Notes under the pieces: model-generated
Told to the model about the DNA's origin: nothing
Database searches by the model: none
Seen by the model: only the letters and a program-made list of their open reading frames with translations
Shown here: positions 48,684 to 62,349 of the stretch, in pieces
Layout of the letters: each line of letters starts with the position of its first letter
Numbering within the stretch: position 1 is the first letter of the stretch
NCBI RefSeq assembly: GCF_028641065.1
Contig: NC_073392.1
Span: 15,314,001-15,378,000 of the forward strand
Direction: 5' to 3'
Source of the DNA: Leucoraja erinacea
Taxonomy: Eukaryota
DNA length: 64,000 bases
Program-made: the position numbers and the translations under genes

Positions 48684-49939
48684 GATCCCTAAATGTATTT
48701 TCTCTCTAAATGGAAATTTAATGACTGATTAATGCAGGATGTCATTCATATCACTCTGTGGTAATGTTCGGTGAATGTATGTTAATTATGATGGGCTTTC
48801 TCACAAAACAGTAGTAAAGCCCTGACAATGTGCCTGCTAATAAAATTCAGAACTGTCAGCACTAAAACCATTGCTCCATGCACGTCTCTAATTAATATTT
48901 TATGACTTTCTATGTAACTCAATAGGGAGTAGGTCTTAAGTGCCCACGGACTCATGTAAATGAAGGAACATGATAATTATTGTTAACTAAAGCAGGAAAA
49001 AGGTGTAATTAACATTTTAATTGTATTTTACCGTGGAAACTTTAAAAAGCAAGCCGGTTTAAAAATGCCTTTAAGAGATGCAGGATGTGGCAGTTATCTA
49101 AAGCATTAGAATCCATTTAATTGTGTAAGGAGTGAAATCACAGTGGCCAAATTACATTTCATTTAGCTTCATTTAATAAACTTCCAGCTGTCCAGGCTTT
49201 TACGACACTTCCCTTACATCCCCTTTCAGTAGAATCTCAGTAAGTTAACAATATTCCTATTAATTTTCACCAATACATTTTCAATACACCTACACCTTTC
49301 TTACCCAATTCTATTGAACAGAATAAAAAATGTCCAACTTCTATCAGTTTCCACTCGTAAATTGCAAATGGAATTAAAATCTGCCCCCTTTCCCCAGTTA
49401 GAATGCAGATCCTATATATAGGGTCTTCAAACAGAGCATATTATATTTTACAATAAAGATCGTGGCCCAGTTTAAGAATAAAGTTTTAGATCTACTGCTG
49501 TCAGACTAAACTTGAATATTCTTAATGATTCATGATATTGTAGATGTTTTCTATGCTTGAGTGGAGAGCTTCAAATGCTATCTATCCTACACCCATAACC
49601 AGTCATTCTCCAATTAACCATCATGTGGAGACAATGTGCTTCAGTTAGCTGGAAAAGCAAGCAGCCAATTAAATGATATTTAAGAGTTGAAAGTTTGCCG
49701 AAACTGCTGAATAGTGACTAATACTTGTTAGTAAATGGAGCTGAAAAAGCAACCCTTTTCAATGCAGTTGACTATTCACAGACTCCCTGGTGTGTTGAGT
49801 AGACTGGCAAAGTTTGAAGACAGTGGAGGGGATTTCAACTTATTTTGGGTGTTCAGATGGGTGCAGTGGGTAGGGGTGTCCTCAACCGTTGAAACTTCTA
49901 AATTTTAAACTTCTAAATTTGTGGCAATTTTAACTACCG

Positions 49940-50170
49940 GTCAGAGGGAGATGAATCTGTGGAATTCATTGCCACAGAGGGCTGTGGAGGCCAGGTTAAT
50001 TGATATGTTTAAAGCTGAGATCGATAGATTACTGATTGATAAGTGTGACAGGGGTTATGGGGAGAAGGCAGGGTAGTGGGGTTGAGAGGGAAAGATAGAT
50101 CAACCATGATTGAATGGCAGAGCAGACTTCATGGGCCAAATGGCCTAATTCTGCTCCCATCACTTATGGA
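49940..50170 (+). mobile_element. CR1 3' fragment
   Basis: NLWNSLPQRAVEA..FKAEIDR plus UTR. Confidence 0.85.
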
Positions 50171-52724
50171 CTTGTAAACCAGAAAATGTTACCAGTTGAT
50201 GGTGATGCCAGTAGGGTCATGTGGGTTGGAAGTGGAAATAGTATGGAAGCCAAAATTCCGACTTTGCACATTGAGGTCAGAGGAGCATCCAAGCTCTTCC
50301 TAGAATATTGTTGCAACATTTTGAGAGTTGTGCTTCTTACCTATAGAGGTATCAGGGTATCAAGCACAAGTCTCATAAGGTTGCAGATTGATCAGATGGT
50401 TGAATTACCATTGGGATTTCGAATCACTTCATAAGATTATTACTGAACTGGGGAGGAAGGGCGTCAGATCGAATACCTGAAAAAAAATAGGCCCAGCTTA
50501 TATAGTGGTGGGAGAAAATGGTGGAAGGAGAGTGTAGCACACAAATGGTGGCACAAGTTTTGCAGCAGGATTTGGAGAAGGGTAAGGGTTTAAAGATGGA
50601 GATCCCAAGACTTGGCAGTTAAAGGTTGTTACCTTGTCAAAGTCAACACTTTAGTACTTCCATATATTTTTGACAGAAAGTTTGCATTTTGTTAAGATCT
50701 CGTAAGTTGAACATTAATGAACAAAACAATTCAGACATAGCTAATGAAACCAACTATTTAACGATCTTTAACCTGCGTGTCACAATATTATTTGCTCATA
50801 CTGCCAGGATTCAATGGAGGAATGTTAAAACAAAGCTGCAGATGCTGGAAATGAACACAGAAAATGCTGGAAACACTCAGCAGATCAGGTAGCATATGTG
50901 GGAAGAGAAATCAGAGTTAATGATTCAGTTTGAAGACATTTTGTCAGTTCTGCTTTTCTTTCCACACATGCTGCCTGAGCTGTTGGATGTTCTGTGCATT
51001 TCCTGTTTTATTTAGCCACTGGAGTTCTGATCTTCCTGACTATGCTATCTCCATGGTTCTTATGCAGACAGTCAGTTTTGAGAGAAAAACCTACAGCGCG
51101 CAAACTGTACAAAACAAAATCAGTGTGCATTTCTATGTAAAGTAACAATGACAAGCTGTCCAGATTTCCTCACAGGTATTCGATGCTCATTCCAAGGTTT
51201 GAATAATCTACAGTATGGAGAAACAGGGAAGAGAGCCAGCAGCAGATTCACAACGAGGTATCTCAGTGTTCCAGTGATACATTGCTCTCTATATCTCTCC
51301 TCTCAGTTTTAATTGCTAAGCAGTCTTGCCACAGCTTTGCTGAGTCGCCACTTATGGATGACTGCCCTTCCAGAGAATTACTGCTGCAGTCTCTGGCAGA
51401 ATGAAAAGCTTATGCCGCAGTAATATAGGGCCACTCTCAATATGGGAATGGATGTTCATAGGGGGAGTAATAGTTAGGCACACGGATGGTACATGTGCCC
51501 ATACCTCAGATACTTCCCTCCCCTGCGCAACAGCCTATTTCACAACTGATCCATGATTGCAATGGAGGGAATCTTTTTAGGTGGTCCGTCGGGATCACCT
51601 TTGTCCATTCTTTGTCCATTCTGTTTTGCAGGTTTACTGAGGCCAGTGTGGGTACTGCAGACTCATCCACGGTTAGGGCTGGAAACATACATAGAAAATA
51701 GGTGCAGGAGTAGGCCATTCGGCCCTTCGAGCCAGCACCTCCATTCTATATGATCATGATGGATCATCCAAAATCTGGAGATGGCTGGGGAGGCAGTTTG
51801 TGAGGCGGTCCATTCCGCTCACTGCTCGACAAGTCCATATGTGTTCACAATGCATGGACTCACGTTTCTCAATACGATCCAAAATGCAGTGTCTGCATTT
51901 TGAGCATTCATGGACTTGATATTCCCAGGAGACAGTGGGAATTTTGTATTTCTCCAATATTTTGAGTGTACAATTGAATATTCTCCTCAGCCTGTAAGGA
52001 GTACCTTTAAGATTTTTTTTGTTTTTACATTTTTATTTATTAGAAGCAGTGTACAAAAATATAACCAGCGGCATATGACATAATACAGTTATTGTAGCTT
52101 CAATTTTAATTTTTAGCTAAAGTCAAGAGAAAAGAAGAGAGAGAAAGCATGAGGGAGAACAAGTGGATGTGCAAGGATAGAACCCCTAGACTAGACTACC
52201 AAATTGGTGTAGCCAAAGAGTGAGTAAGTAAAAGTAAGTTTAAGAATTGAAACACTGAATTCATAGCTACTATTGGAAGCAAGCAGATTTCATTTCAACA
52301 AAGAAATCTGATTGAAAAACAATTTGGTTTCTTTCTGCATTAGCTATCCACAAAATCAGTACTTTTTTTTTGCAAGTTACCGAATTAACATTAGCACTAC
52401 CCATGACACCTGTTTCAGGCTCTAAATAAGAGCAAAACCACATTTTGCTTCCAAACCAACATTTGAGTCACCAGCAACGTATACAAATGCAACAAAACTC
52501 CAAGCCCTTTGCAGTAAACGGCAGAGAGCCATTGCCTTTCTTAACATCTGAGCGCAGGTATATGGGACTAGGGGAGATTATGTTCTGAGCGCAGGTATAT
52601 GGGACTAGGGGAGATTATGTGTTCGGCACGGACTAGAAGGGTCGAGATGGCCTGTTTCCATGCTGTAATTGTTATATGGTTATATGGTTATTTTGCCCTG
52701 CAACTGCAGGAGAGGTAACACCGA

Positions 52725-53103
52725 GAGTCATGGAGTGATACAGTGTGAAAACAGGCCCTTCAGCCCAACTTGTCCACACCAACCAACATGTCCCAGCTAC
52801 ACTAGTCCAACCTGCCCACGTTTGGTCCATATCCCTCCAAACCTGTCCTATCCATGTACCTGTCTAACTGCTTCTTAAACGTTGGGGTAGTCCCAGCCTC
52901 AACTACCTTCTCTGGCAGCTTGTTTCAATACACCCACCGCCCTTTGTGTGAAAATGTTACCCCTCAGATTTATATTCATTCTTTTTCCCCTTCACATTAA
53001 ACCTATGTCCTCTGGTCCTCTAGGTCCTCTATTCACCTACTCTATAGATTGGGTAGATGCACAGTATCTCTTGCACAAAGACACTGTGCATCTACCCAAT
53101 CTA
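52725..53103 (-). mobile_element. CR1 3' fragment
   Basis: Reverse complement of the 7530-7880 type sequence. Confidence 0.88.
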
Positions 53104-53124
53104 CAGTATTCCATCTATCTCCTC

Positions 53125-53375
53125 CTTCACACCCATCCAAGGACCCCAGCAGTCCTTCCAGCTGAGCAAAGGTTCACATGCAATTTCTCCAACCTCATCT
53201 ATTTCATTTGGTGCTTCTGTTGTGGCCCCCTCTACATTCCTCCTCTCTCCCTCCCTTTCCACCTTCTATCCACTTTCCTTCCTCTGGCTTTACAATTCAC
53301 AACTCTCCTATCCTTGTTTCACACCTTCTGTCTTTTCATCACTGGCCTTTGTCCAACCATCTGCCTATGTAACAG
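53125..53375 (+). mobile_element. Penelope GIY-YIG and UTR fragment
   Basis: IQGPQQSFQ..QRFTCNFSNLIYFIWCFCCGPLYI. Confidence 0.8.
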
Positions 53376-53491
53376 ACGTCCCCGAGCTCTGGCAGACCCG
53401 CTATGTTCATTCTCCGTCCTTACCACGAGTTTCATTTTTTTAAAACTCGGGAGAGCTCTTGGAATGAACTCGTACAGTGGGACAGGGCTTT

Positions 53492-53632
53492 AACTGGGAC
53501 ATCAGGTAGGTGCAGGCGGACTGAGCGAAGGTGTTCAGCGAAACAATCGCCGAGCCTGCGCTTGGACTCACCGATATATAGGAGTCCACACCTGGAACAA
53601 TGGATACAGTAGATGAGATTGGAGGAAGTGCT
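53492..53632 (-). mobile_element. Penelope GIY-YIG endonuclease fragment
   Basis: SSNLIYCIHCSRCGLLYIGESKRRLGDCFAEHLRSVR. Confidence 0.92.
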
Positions 53633-54307
53633 CATCCAACTTGTTTAGAAAGGCCATTATAAGAACAAAAATGCATGTAGGAGCAGGCCATTCAGCCCTT
53701 TATAACTGCTGTGCTATTCAATAAGATCATGTCCGATTTGTCACCACAGTGCCACATTCCTGCACTCATTTACCTTGATTCTGTTAATATCTACAATATA
53801 GCAGTCCCTTTCTTGAATTTATATTTGATAACTGGGTTTTCATAGCTTTCTTGGGCAAGGAAACGCAAAGATTCACTATCCAATTAATTTTTAAAAGATT
53901 CATCTCTATCTTGAAAATGGACACCCCAACAACAGAAAACATTAATTTCCTATCTGCCCTGTCTAACACCAAAAAACTTAATTAATCTCATTCTTTTAAA
54001 CTCTTGAGAATATTGGCTTCAAGTTTCCCCATGTAATAAACCCAGCATCCCAGGAATTTGGTGCATCTTTGCTGCACTCCGTCTATCACAAGGACATCTT
54101 TCCTTACATACTGATTATCAGACCCCCACAGTATCTTGATGTTGTCCATTGGGAACATGGAATAATTTACAGAAGAAATTCCATCTTTGCATCAATAATG
54201 TTTTCTTTAAACAATCTTTTCATCTTATCCACTGCTGAGGATCAAATAAAAATATGAAGTGGGTGAATTCTCCTCGATAAATTAGTGGCACGGTGGCGCG
54301 GTGTTGG

Positions 54308-54622
54308 AGTTTAGTTAAGTTTATTTTAGAGATACAGCGCGGAAACAGGCCCTTCGGCCCACCGGGTCCGCGCCGACCAGCGATCCCCGCACATTAACAC
54401 TATCCTACACACACACACACACACTAGGGACAATTTTTACATTTACTAAGCCAATTAACCTACAAACCTTGAATTCTTTGGAGCGTGGGAGGAAACCGAA
54501 GATCTCAGAGAAAAGGCAGGTCACGGGGTGAACGTACAAACTCCGTACAGACAGCACCCGTAGTCTGGATCGAACTCGGGTCTCCGGCGCTGCAAGGCAG
54601 CAACTCTACCTCTGTGCCACCT
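54308..54622 (-). mobile_element. Young V-SINE nested in an oppositely oriented SINE
   Basis: CpG-intact full copy. The host SINE head is at 54285-54310 and it resumes at about 54634. Confidence 0.9.
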
Positions 54623-54633
54623 TGATTGCCCAG

Positions 54634-54847
54634 GCTGCCTTACAGCGTTAACAGCACCAGAGACCAAAGTTCGATCCTGACTACGGGTGCAATCTGTATG
54701 GAGCTGATATGCTCTCCATGTGACCGAGATCTTCTGCTTCTTCCCACACTCCAAAGACGTACAGGTTTGTAGGTTAATTGGTTTGGCATGAATGTAAAAT
54801 TCTCCCTAGTGTGTGTAGGATAGTGTTAATATGCGGGGATCGCTGGT
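54634..54847 (+). mobile_element. V-SINE remainder
   Basis: gctgccttacagc...gttcgatcctgactacggg...gcggggatcgctgg. Confidence 0.85.
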
Positions 54848-55286
54848 AACTATAATTGAGCGTAAAAGAGTTTTTGAGGGAACTCTTGTTGGTCTTGCAT
54901 TTCATAAAAGCTCCATGCTGGTAGAGGATTTGGAACCAACAGTAGAAACAGATGCCCAAAAGCTCGCTGAGGGGGTAATGGTCATGTTAAATATCCACAG
55001 GAGCTCGTTTAAGAGGCTGCAAAGCATTTTGCTGGCTGCAGTCTTATCCGAGCAAACTTGCCCAACAGCAACCAGCAGGTTGGAAGCAAGTGCTATACCG
55101 TGGATGATTTTAAGCATTTTTGAAAGTAATCCTCATCTTTTCAAACTCACGCTGCTAGATGAGAAGAGAACTGAAACACTGAAAACGATTTGGCCATGGC
55201 ATTATTTTAGAAACTCTTTAAGCCCTGATAAAATGCTCAGCTATTCCAATGTTTAGTATCGTCAAGAGAAAGAGAGCTTTAGGTCA

Positions 55287-55376
55287 AGGATAGACACAAA
55301 GTGCTGAAGTAACTCAGCGGGTCTGGCAGCATCTCTGGAATAGGTGACATTTCGGGTTCGAACCCTTCTTCAGATT
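55287..55376 (-). mobile_element. Penelope pLTR fragment with hammerhead-like motif
   Basis: Reverse complement ctgaagaagggttcgaacccgaaatgtc at 55346-55373. Confidence 0.75.
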
Positions 55377-55584
55377 GGGCGGTCAAGAATTCAGACTAGC
55401 TTTTAGAAATTTTAGAAATTAGGTGCAGGAGTAGGCCCTTCGGCCCTTCGAGCCAGTGAGGGTCTCGGTGGACCCTCACTGGGTCCCCTATCAATCTCCA
55501 CGGCCCCCGGCGTGTCCCTCTTCGCTCTTGTCAGACGCCCAACCGTTCCCCATTCAATCTTGGCGGCTCCCCCACCGAGAGATG

Positions 55585-56130
55585 TGCAAGGCCTGCCACA
55601 TGTGGCAAACATCTGTCCAAGTCTCCAGTTTAATCCAGAAGTGTCTCTTTGCATTCTCAATGGCCTTCTGGAGGTCATGGTTGGATTCACGTATGACGTG
55701 AAAGCCACATGTCTGAACCTCAGTAGATTCCCAATCTCCTAGCTCATCCAAGGCTTGTATTTGGGGAATACCCAGTAGGTTTTAGTAGGAGCACTCCTAC
55801 ACACAGGTCCTTATGAAGATGCTAACAACCGTGGCATAGTCTTTCTGATCCATTCCCCAATCTACTGGTTCAGAGCAGTCACAAAGTTGATCCTCTGCCC
55901 CCTCTGACCAGCTCTGTCCAACCCTCTTCACTGGAGCTGTGCTCTTCAGTCGCTGTCTGTACAGAAGAAGAAGGGGCCCAGCCAAGTCATACGATTTTTC
56001 AAAGTGCAGGTGAGGATTGGAGCTTTGATGGTGGAGTAGCAACGGACGACAGTTTGATCCTCTAATGCTGCAGGAGACACGCTGATGCAAAATTTGAAGT
56101 CATTTTCTTCAAATTAGCGTTGAAGTCCTC
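55585..56130 (-). mobile_element. Rex/Babar-like LINE linker/endonuclease fragment
   Basis: HDLQKAIENAKRHFWIKLE..MWQAL, WSEGAEDQLCDC.E.VDW. Confidence 0.75.
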
Positions 56131-56139
56131 AAGGCAGCA

Positions 56140-56426
56140 AGGTGGTGTAGCGGTCGAGCTACTGCCTTATAGTGCCAGAGACCCGGGTTCGATCCTGACT
56201 ATGGGTGTTTGTCTGTACGTAGTTTGTAGGTTCTCCCTATGACTTGCTTGTGTTTTCTTTTGGATCTCCAGTTTCCTCCCACACTCCAAAGATGTACAGG
56301 TTTGAAGGTTAATTGGCTTGGTAAAACTGTAAATTGTCCCTAGTGTGTGCAGATAGCGTTAATATACGGGATCGCTGGTTGGGGCAGAATTGGTGGGCCG
56401 AAAGGCCTGTTTCCGCGCTGTATCTC
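56140..56426 (+). mobile_element. V-SINE (HE1-like)
   Basis: A and B boxes, V domain, tail followed by an A run. Confidence 0.88.
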
Positions 56427-57849
56427 AAAAAAAAAAAACAATGATGGAGAATGGCTGGTGTTTGTTCACTGCGGTGTATAATTCCTCAAGCGTAGCCATA
56501 CATCTGTCTGGGACAGGATGTAGACTGGAGGAGAATTGCCCAGGGAGGTAGAAGGGATGGTACTTCACTGCTACTTGGGTGTGAGCAGGGGTTGGACAAG
56601 ACCACCAACAAAAAAACATGTACAGAAAATAAAAGAAAAGAGCCTTGACAATATGGACACACGGATGATGTTTGCTTTTGAGGGAGAATCTCGACATAGG
56701 GTTTACTGTTTAAAACAGGGTAGGAGAAACAAAAAAAAATCTTTGTAATATTTTTCTTCAATGCAGTGCAAGCAAAATTGCGAGCAACTTTATTTGCAGA
56801 GGGAAATAGGTTTTTGCTAAAGAAGATTACAGTGATTGTACAGGGATTACAAGAGAGTTGAGATTACAATAAGATTACCCAGGATCTTTCCAAATGGCAG
56901 AGCAGGTTTGAAAGGCCTTTTAATTTAGTTTAGTTTAGTTTAGTTTTTTGCCATGTGAACCGAGGTACAGTGAGGGGTGGGAGATTGCAACCTTCACGTG
57001 GTCCGCCCTGTTTCAACTAATGCTGTCAAGGCTACTTTCTTTCCCTTTGTCAGGGTATGGAATGACAGCAGGACAGGATGGGAGGCAGGATGGGACCAGC
57101 TAATACGTGAGAATGGGACAGAAGAGTGAGATGGAATAGATAGACTCCTGCTGAAGGGCCAATCAGCCTTGCTGAGTCCAAGAACCTTCTCCCTTCCTGA
57201 ACCAACCTGCAACATGCTCTTGTGCGCCAAAAGCTTCCTCTATAACATCAGGTCAAGTGGGTGAGAGGAGCCCATTTAATGCCGTTTCATAAAACCATGT
57301 CTAATTGATCACTGATTGTTAAACCTGCAGGATTCTGGTTAGCATCTTCAGAAAAAAATCAAATTACAGTGATCAGACCAAAATGATGAGCTAAGTCTAG
57401 AATTTCAAACACTCCAGACTGATTAGCACAGCGCCAGTCTAATGACTGTGTTCAACCTTTGTCTAAAATAACTCCTGATGAATGCTCGCAATCTATTCCC
57501 GTAAAGACAAATACGGGATTATTCTCCAAGATATGTTCATCGCTGGTTGCATTTTCTACTTGTGTAATAGATAGAACACGAGTGCCAAGTTTGGAAAAAC
57601 AAATTAATTGAACAACATCAGTAATGTTATTTGAGTCATAACTATTTATTTAATGACTCATTTCAGCACATCCAGGGCTTTTGACTTAATAGCACTTTGA
57701 CCAAAATATTTCTTAATATAACTGTTTGCCTTCTATCCCAAGGTTTGGTTGGCTGCCTGCTGTGATTTTTCGACAAATATGTGAGCCTGGAAATGGAAGA
57801 ATGGAGTATAAGAATGTGCTTCCTTATTAATAATGGCACATGATTTAAG

Positions 57850-57985
57850 ATCATAAAATCATGAGAAGTAAGAGTAGAATTAGGCCATTCAGCCCATCAA
57901 GTTTACACCGCCATTCAATCATAGCTGATCTATCTCTCCTTCCTAACCACATTCTCCTGCCTTCTCCCCATAACTGACACCCGTA
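57850..57985 (-). mobile_element. CR1 3' UTR fragment
   Basis: Reverse complement of the 8610-8750 type sequence. Confidence 0.8.
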
Positions 57986-58464
57986 TAAGAAGCAGTTGTC
58001 AATGCAGCCTTTGAAATCAAGTTAAAAAACCCATAACCGATAGCTTAGTTGCAGACAGAGATATATTTAAAACAGGATTGAGCATGACAGATTAGGGCCA
58101 ACCTTGGTTCCATTTGAGTTAACCACACTCTGTCAGGATACTACTGGGACTTGGATCACACAAATGCCGAAAGAGATTGTGCGAATAAAGTGCATATCTA
58201 GATAACAACTGTACTTACAATCTATATTAGTTAGATTTCTATACTCAGAGATTCAGCAGTGAAGAGAGAGGGACAAGCATAAACCATAATCATTGAACTG
58301 GGCCATTGAACTGGAACTTCTTCGTTTCCAATAAACTTTTTATACATGGAAAGATATTCACCTCAGCTTCCTGCTGAACTACTCAAGTTTAAATTACAAA
58401 TGGAGTGGCTCTAAACCAATTTGCTTTTTGTAATTGCCCATACTCAGAGTGTGAATGAATCCTA

Positions 58465-58800
58465 GAGAGATATACACAGAAACAAGACTTTTGGCCCAAT
58501 GAATCCAATCTGATTATCAGCCTCTCATTAACACTAATCCTACATTAATCCCATTTTTTATTTGTTCTCCCGCTTTCTCATCATCCAGATTCAACCACTC
58601 ACCTCGCTTAACACACTAGGGGCAATTTACAGTGGGCAATTAACCTACCAACCCACATGTCTTTGGGATATAGGAGGAAACCAGGGTACACAGAGGAAGC
58701 TGATGCAGTCATGGTATAAACTCCACACAGACTGTACTCCAGGTCAGGATTGAACCCAGGTCTCCGGCACATTGAGACAATGGCAGTGCCAGCTATGTCA
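58465..58800 (-). mobile_element. Old V-SINE
   Basis: aaactccacacagac, caggattgaacccag (reverse B box). Confidence 0.75.
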
Positions 58801-58961
58801 CTGCAGATAAACAGGTTAAAATCAATCCAAATATGTTTCCTCAAAAACTTACAATAATCATTTCAAAGGGCTAAAATAGTTCTTCATTTTTGAATGTTCT
58901 TAAATTGCATCTGGTCTCTTTCTACACAAACTGCTGCATTTCAAATGATTGTGAGCCATTA

Positions 58962-59216
58962 AGAGCCTGGCCCACTTGACGATTTTTTTGGCGGCTGCTG
59001 GCGTCATATCAGTGTCGCCAAAAGATTTTGAACATTTCAAAATCCAGCAACGACAAAAAAATGTTGCGACACTTTGAGAAAACACCGCGCGCCATACGTC
59101 ATCACGGTGCGTCATATGTCATCACTCCACATCACGCCGCTAATTTTTTGGTGACCTGATACGTCAGTTAATGATGCCGGCAGTCGCCGAAAAAATTACC
59201 ATGTGGGATAGGCTCT
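58962..59216. mobile_element. PIF/Harbinger-type MITE
   Basis: TIR agagcctggcccact / tgtgggataggctct with subterminal arms atttttttggcggctgctggc / gccggcagtcgccgaaaaaat. Confidence 0.8.
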
Positions 59217-60044
59217 TTTGGGACAGATTTACACAAGGCAAATATCTATCAAAGAACTTCAGGTGGACTGATTCATTGAAACATGAGACTGCAACCATCA
59301 CTGTGTCCCAGCAATAATATTCAGCCTGAATAATCAAAAAACATAAAGGAGCTGACTGCACATCAGACTTATGTGTCATATCAACACCCTTGTTAATTAT
59401 CGTTACAAACTGAACAAAGAGGTTGCCTGCTGTGGACATCATTAGGGCCATCTGATGTGACTAATCAACAGGTCAGAACATATATAGAAGAATAATTGGT
59501 GATAAGCGCATCCTTTGATTTCACTCGAAAGGTATCTGTGGCTAAATGTGCATTTATACAGGCAGTTGCTCAGTACAATCAAGAAATGACCCCATTAATT
59601 ATCATCCCATAGTTTTGGTCTTCTGGGCTTGCTTTTCAGAACAGAGCAAGTCAGGTTTCCCAGTTATCTTGTTACTCATACTAATGTAATACATATATTG
59701 ATACGTGGATTAACAAACATTTATGGAGAAGGATTGTAACCACTGATGATACTTTGTGTTATCGTTACGATTAGTTTAACTCATTAGAGACAATATACCT
59801 ATTTATAGTTCATCCAGATAGTTAATCATTGCTGTCTGTTAGAGTGAAACTCTCTCTCTCTTCACTGAAACACCCCAGTATGATTATCCAATTTCCAAAC
59901 CCACTATTCTTATGGACTGCTTGAAAGAGACAGAAGAGCAGTCAAATACAGTGTGCCTATGTTATAATGTTCTGCTTCCACCCATCAAGTTGCACACTAA
60001 TGTATCGAAAGGCAAGAAAAACTCTCAATACATTAAATGCATGT

Positions 60045-60482
60045 TGATAGAATGGAGCGGCTGGGTTTGTATACTCTGGACATTAGAAGGATGAGAAGGA
60101 TCTTATTCAAACCTATAAGATTATTAAGGGTTTGGACACACGAGAGGCAGGAAACGTGTTCCCGATGTTGGGGGAGTCCAGAACCAGGGGCCACAGTTTA
60201 AAATAAGGGGTAAGCCATTTAGACCGGAGGAAATACTTTTTCACACAAGGAGTTGTGAATCTGTGGAATTCTCTGCCTCTTTCTACTAAGTCTAGAATTT
60301 CAAACACTCCAGAGGGCGATGGAGGCCAGTTCTCTGGATGCTTTCAGGAGAGAGTTAGAGCTCCTAAAAATAGCGGAGTCAAGGGATTTGGGGAGAAGGC
60401 AGGAACGGGATATTTATTGTGGATGATCAGCCACTAGGTGCTGGCTCGAAGGGACAAATGGCCTACTCCTGCACCTATTGTC
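60045..60482 (+). mobile_element. CR1 3' fragment
   Basis: YKIIKGLDT.EAGNVFPMLGESRTRGHSLK, NLWNSLP, UTR. Confidence 0.9.
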
Positions 60483-60825
60483 CATTATCTATCTATACCA
60501 TTACTGTGACACAATTTCTCCTGAATTTTTAACGTGGGGGAGAAAAGGCGAGCACACCTTAAGATGTAATCACAATGATTCCTTGATACTTCAATGGGTA
60601 AGTCTGTTACAGAGAGAGCAAATATGTTGTAGACATGTATATTTGAGCACAAGAGATCAGTAGGATTTAGATTCAACCGATGTTCAATCTGGAGTTAACC
60701 ACTCTCAACCAGGAAGCTATAAAGATAACAGCTACAGAAACAGATTCTCTCCCACTGCCCTCGTCTTGTTGAAAGCTCTTGGATCTGTTTCATTTTCCAC
60801 AGATGCTTCCAGAGCAGTTGAATTC

Positions 60826-61125
60826 AGTTTAGTTTAGAGGTACAGCACAGGTTCAAGCCCTTTGGCCCACCGAGTCCGCGCCGACCAGCAATCACCCCGT
60901 ACATTAGCGTTATCCTACACACTAGGGACAATTTACAATTGTACCAAGCCAATTAACCAACAAACCTGGACGACTTTGGAGTGTGGGAGGAAACTAGAGA
61001 TCTCGACGAAAACCCACGCAGGTCACAGGGAGAAGGTACAAACTCCGTACAGACAGCACCTGTAGTCAGGTTCAAGCCAGGGTCTCTGGTGCTGGTAACA
61101 ACGCTACCACTCTGCCACTCTGCCG
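60826..61125 (-). mobile_element. V-SINE (HE1-like)
   Basis: Reverse complement of the SINE consensus. Confidence 0.85.
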
Positions 61126-62349
61126 CTATTAGTGTTTCCAACATTTTTTAAATTTTAATTCAGATTTCCAGCATATTTGTCACTTTGATTTCCATCTCCT
61201 CCCTCTCTCATCTCCACTCTTTCTCCACTCTACTATGCCCTTTATTTTCCTTTCTTCCAACTTTCCATCTTGCTCCCAACCTGCTCCCTCATTTCCATCC
61301 TCTATATTATTAGCAGAGCCTGTTTCTGCTCTACAACTCCAAGCAACAAAGGAATAGCAAGACTATTTGGTTCCTTAAGAGTTTAAAAGTGATTAAAGGC
61401 AGAGTTTTTAAAATCTCAAGTGATTGGTATGACTGGCCTGCTTGCAATCCAGAAATCCTGCTGGTAATGTTAGACTGGGATCTAACTGGACAATGTGTAA
61501 GAACACAATGTATATGCCTCTCCAACCTCTGCATTCAATTACCCTGCCAATATTGATTGCCTAAACAATTTGGGTGATATTGCCAAAGGTCTGTGGAGCA
61601 AGCCTTCAAAAATAGAAACAGTACAGATATATTCAAGTACACACATGTGAACATTGTGCCTTTAAATCCATACATTTTTCTTTGTCTTGTATGTGTTTAA
61701 ATTTAACATCTTACTTGACCCAGTTTGATATCTACTTTCATTGCACCGGTGTGTATTAACACTCTGGAGAGTTAATGCAAATGTCACTTTCAATGCTTTT
61801 TGTGTCATACAAATGACTGTCTGTGGAAAGCCTGCTGGCTGTGTGAGTTCCTCGTTCAGACTCTGTTCTGGACTTTTATATATTGTGGCTCCCATCAAAT
61901 ACACATCAAGTTTAATGACTAGTCATACCAAGATCATCATTCATTCTCAATGCCAGACACACTGCATTTTTCATGAACCACCTTTAACATAACTCCTTCC
62001 CTATCAAGAAATCGTGAAAGAAATATTATTTTTATATTAGATATGTCAAGTCCTTTTCAAAATGAAAATATATTCTGTCACTGGATTGAATTTTCAGTGC
62101 AGGTGCATCTCGTATTATTCAGTCTGCACATTGGCACAATAACCTGTCTGAACTAGGATGGGGATGATGAGATATTTCAAAGAACATTCTAATGTGCCAC
62201 AAAATCAATTTTGAAGAAAAGAAAAAAAGAGGAAGGTGTGTTAAAATCAGTAGATGTCTACAAGGAAAGTAGTGACAATGATATTTTTTGTCAGCAAAAC
62301 ATCTAAAACCTGGCAGAACAGGAAATCAATCATAAATTCACAACCTTTT

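Noticed and set aside
51631-51670. 40-nt exon (strong acceptor ttttgcAG, donor GTTAGG)
   Set aside because: Weak donor, unrecognised peptide and no partner exons.
52948-53493. 181-aa ORF
   Set aside because: Chance read-through across a mosaic of CR1, Penelope and MITE fragments.
54831-55256. 141-aa ORF as a host gene
   Set aside because: It starts inside a SINE, has no recognisable domain and lacks convincing splice signals.
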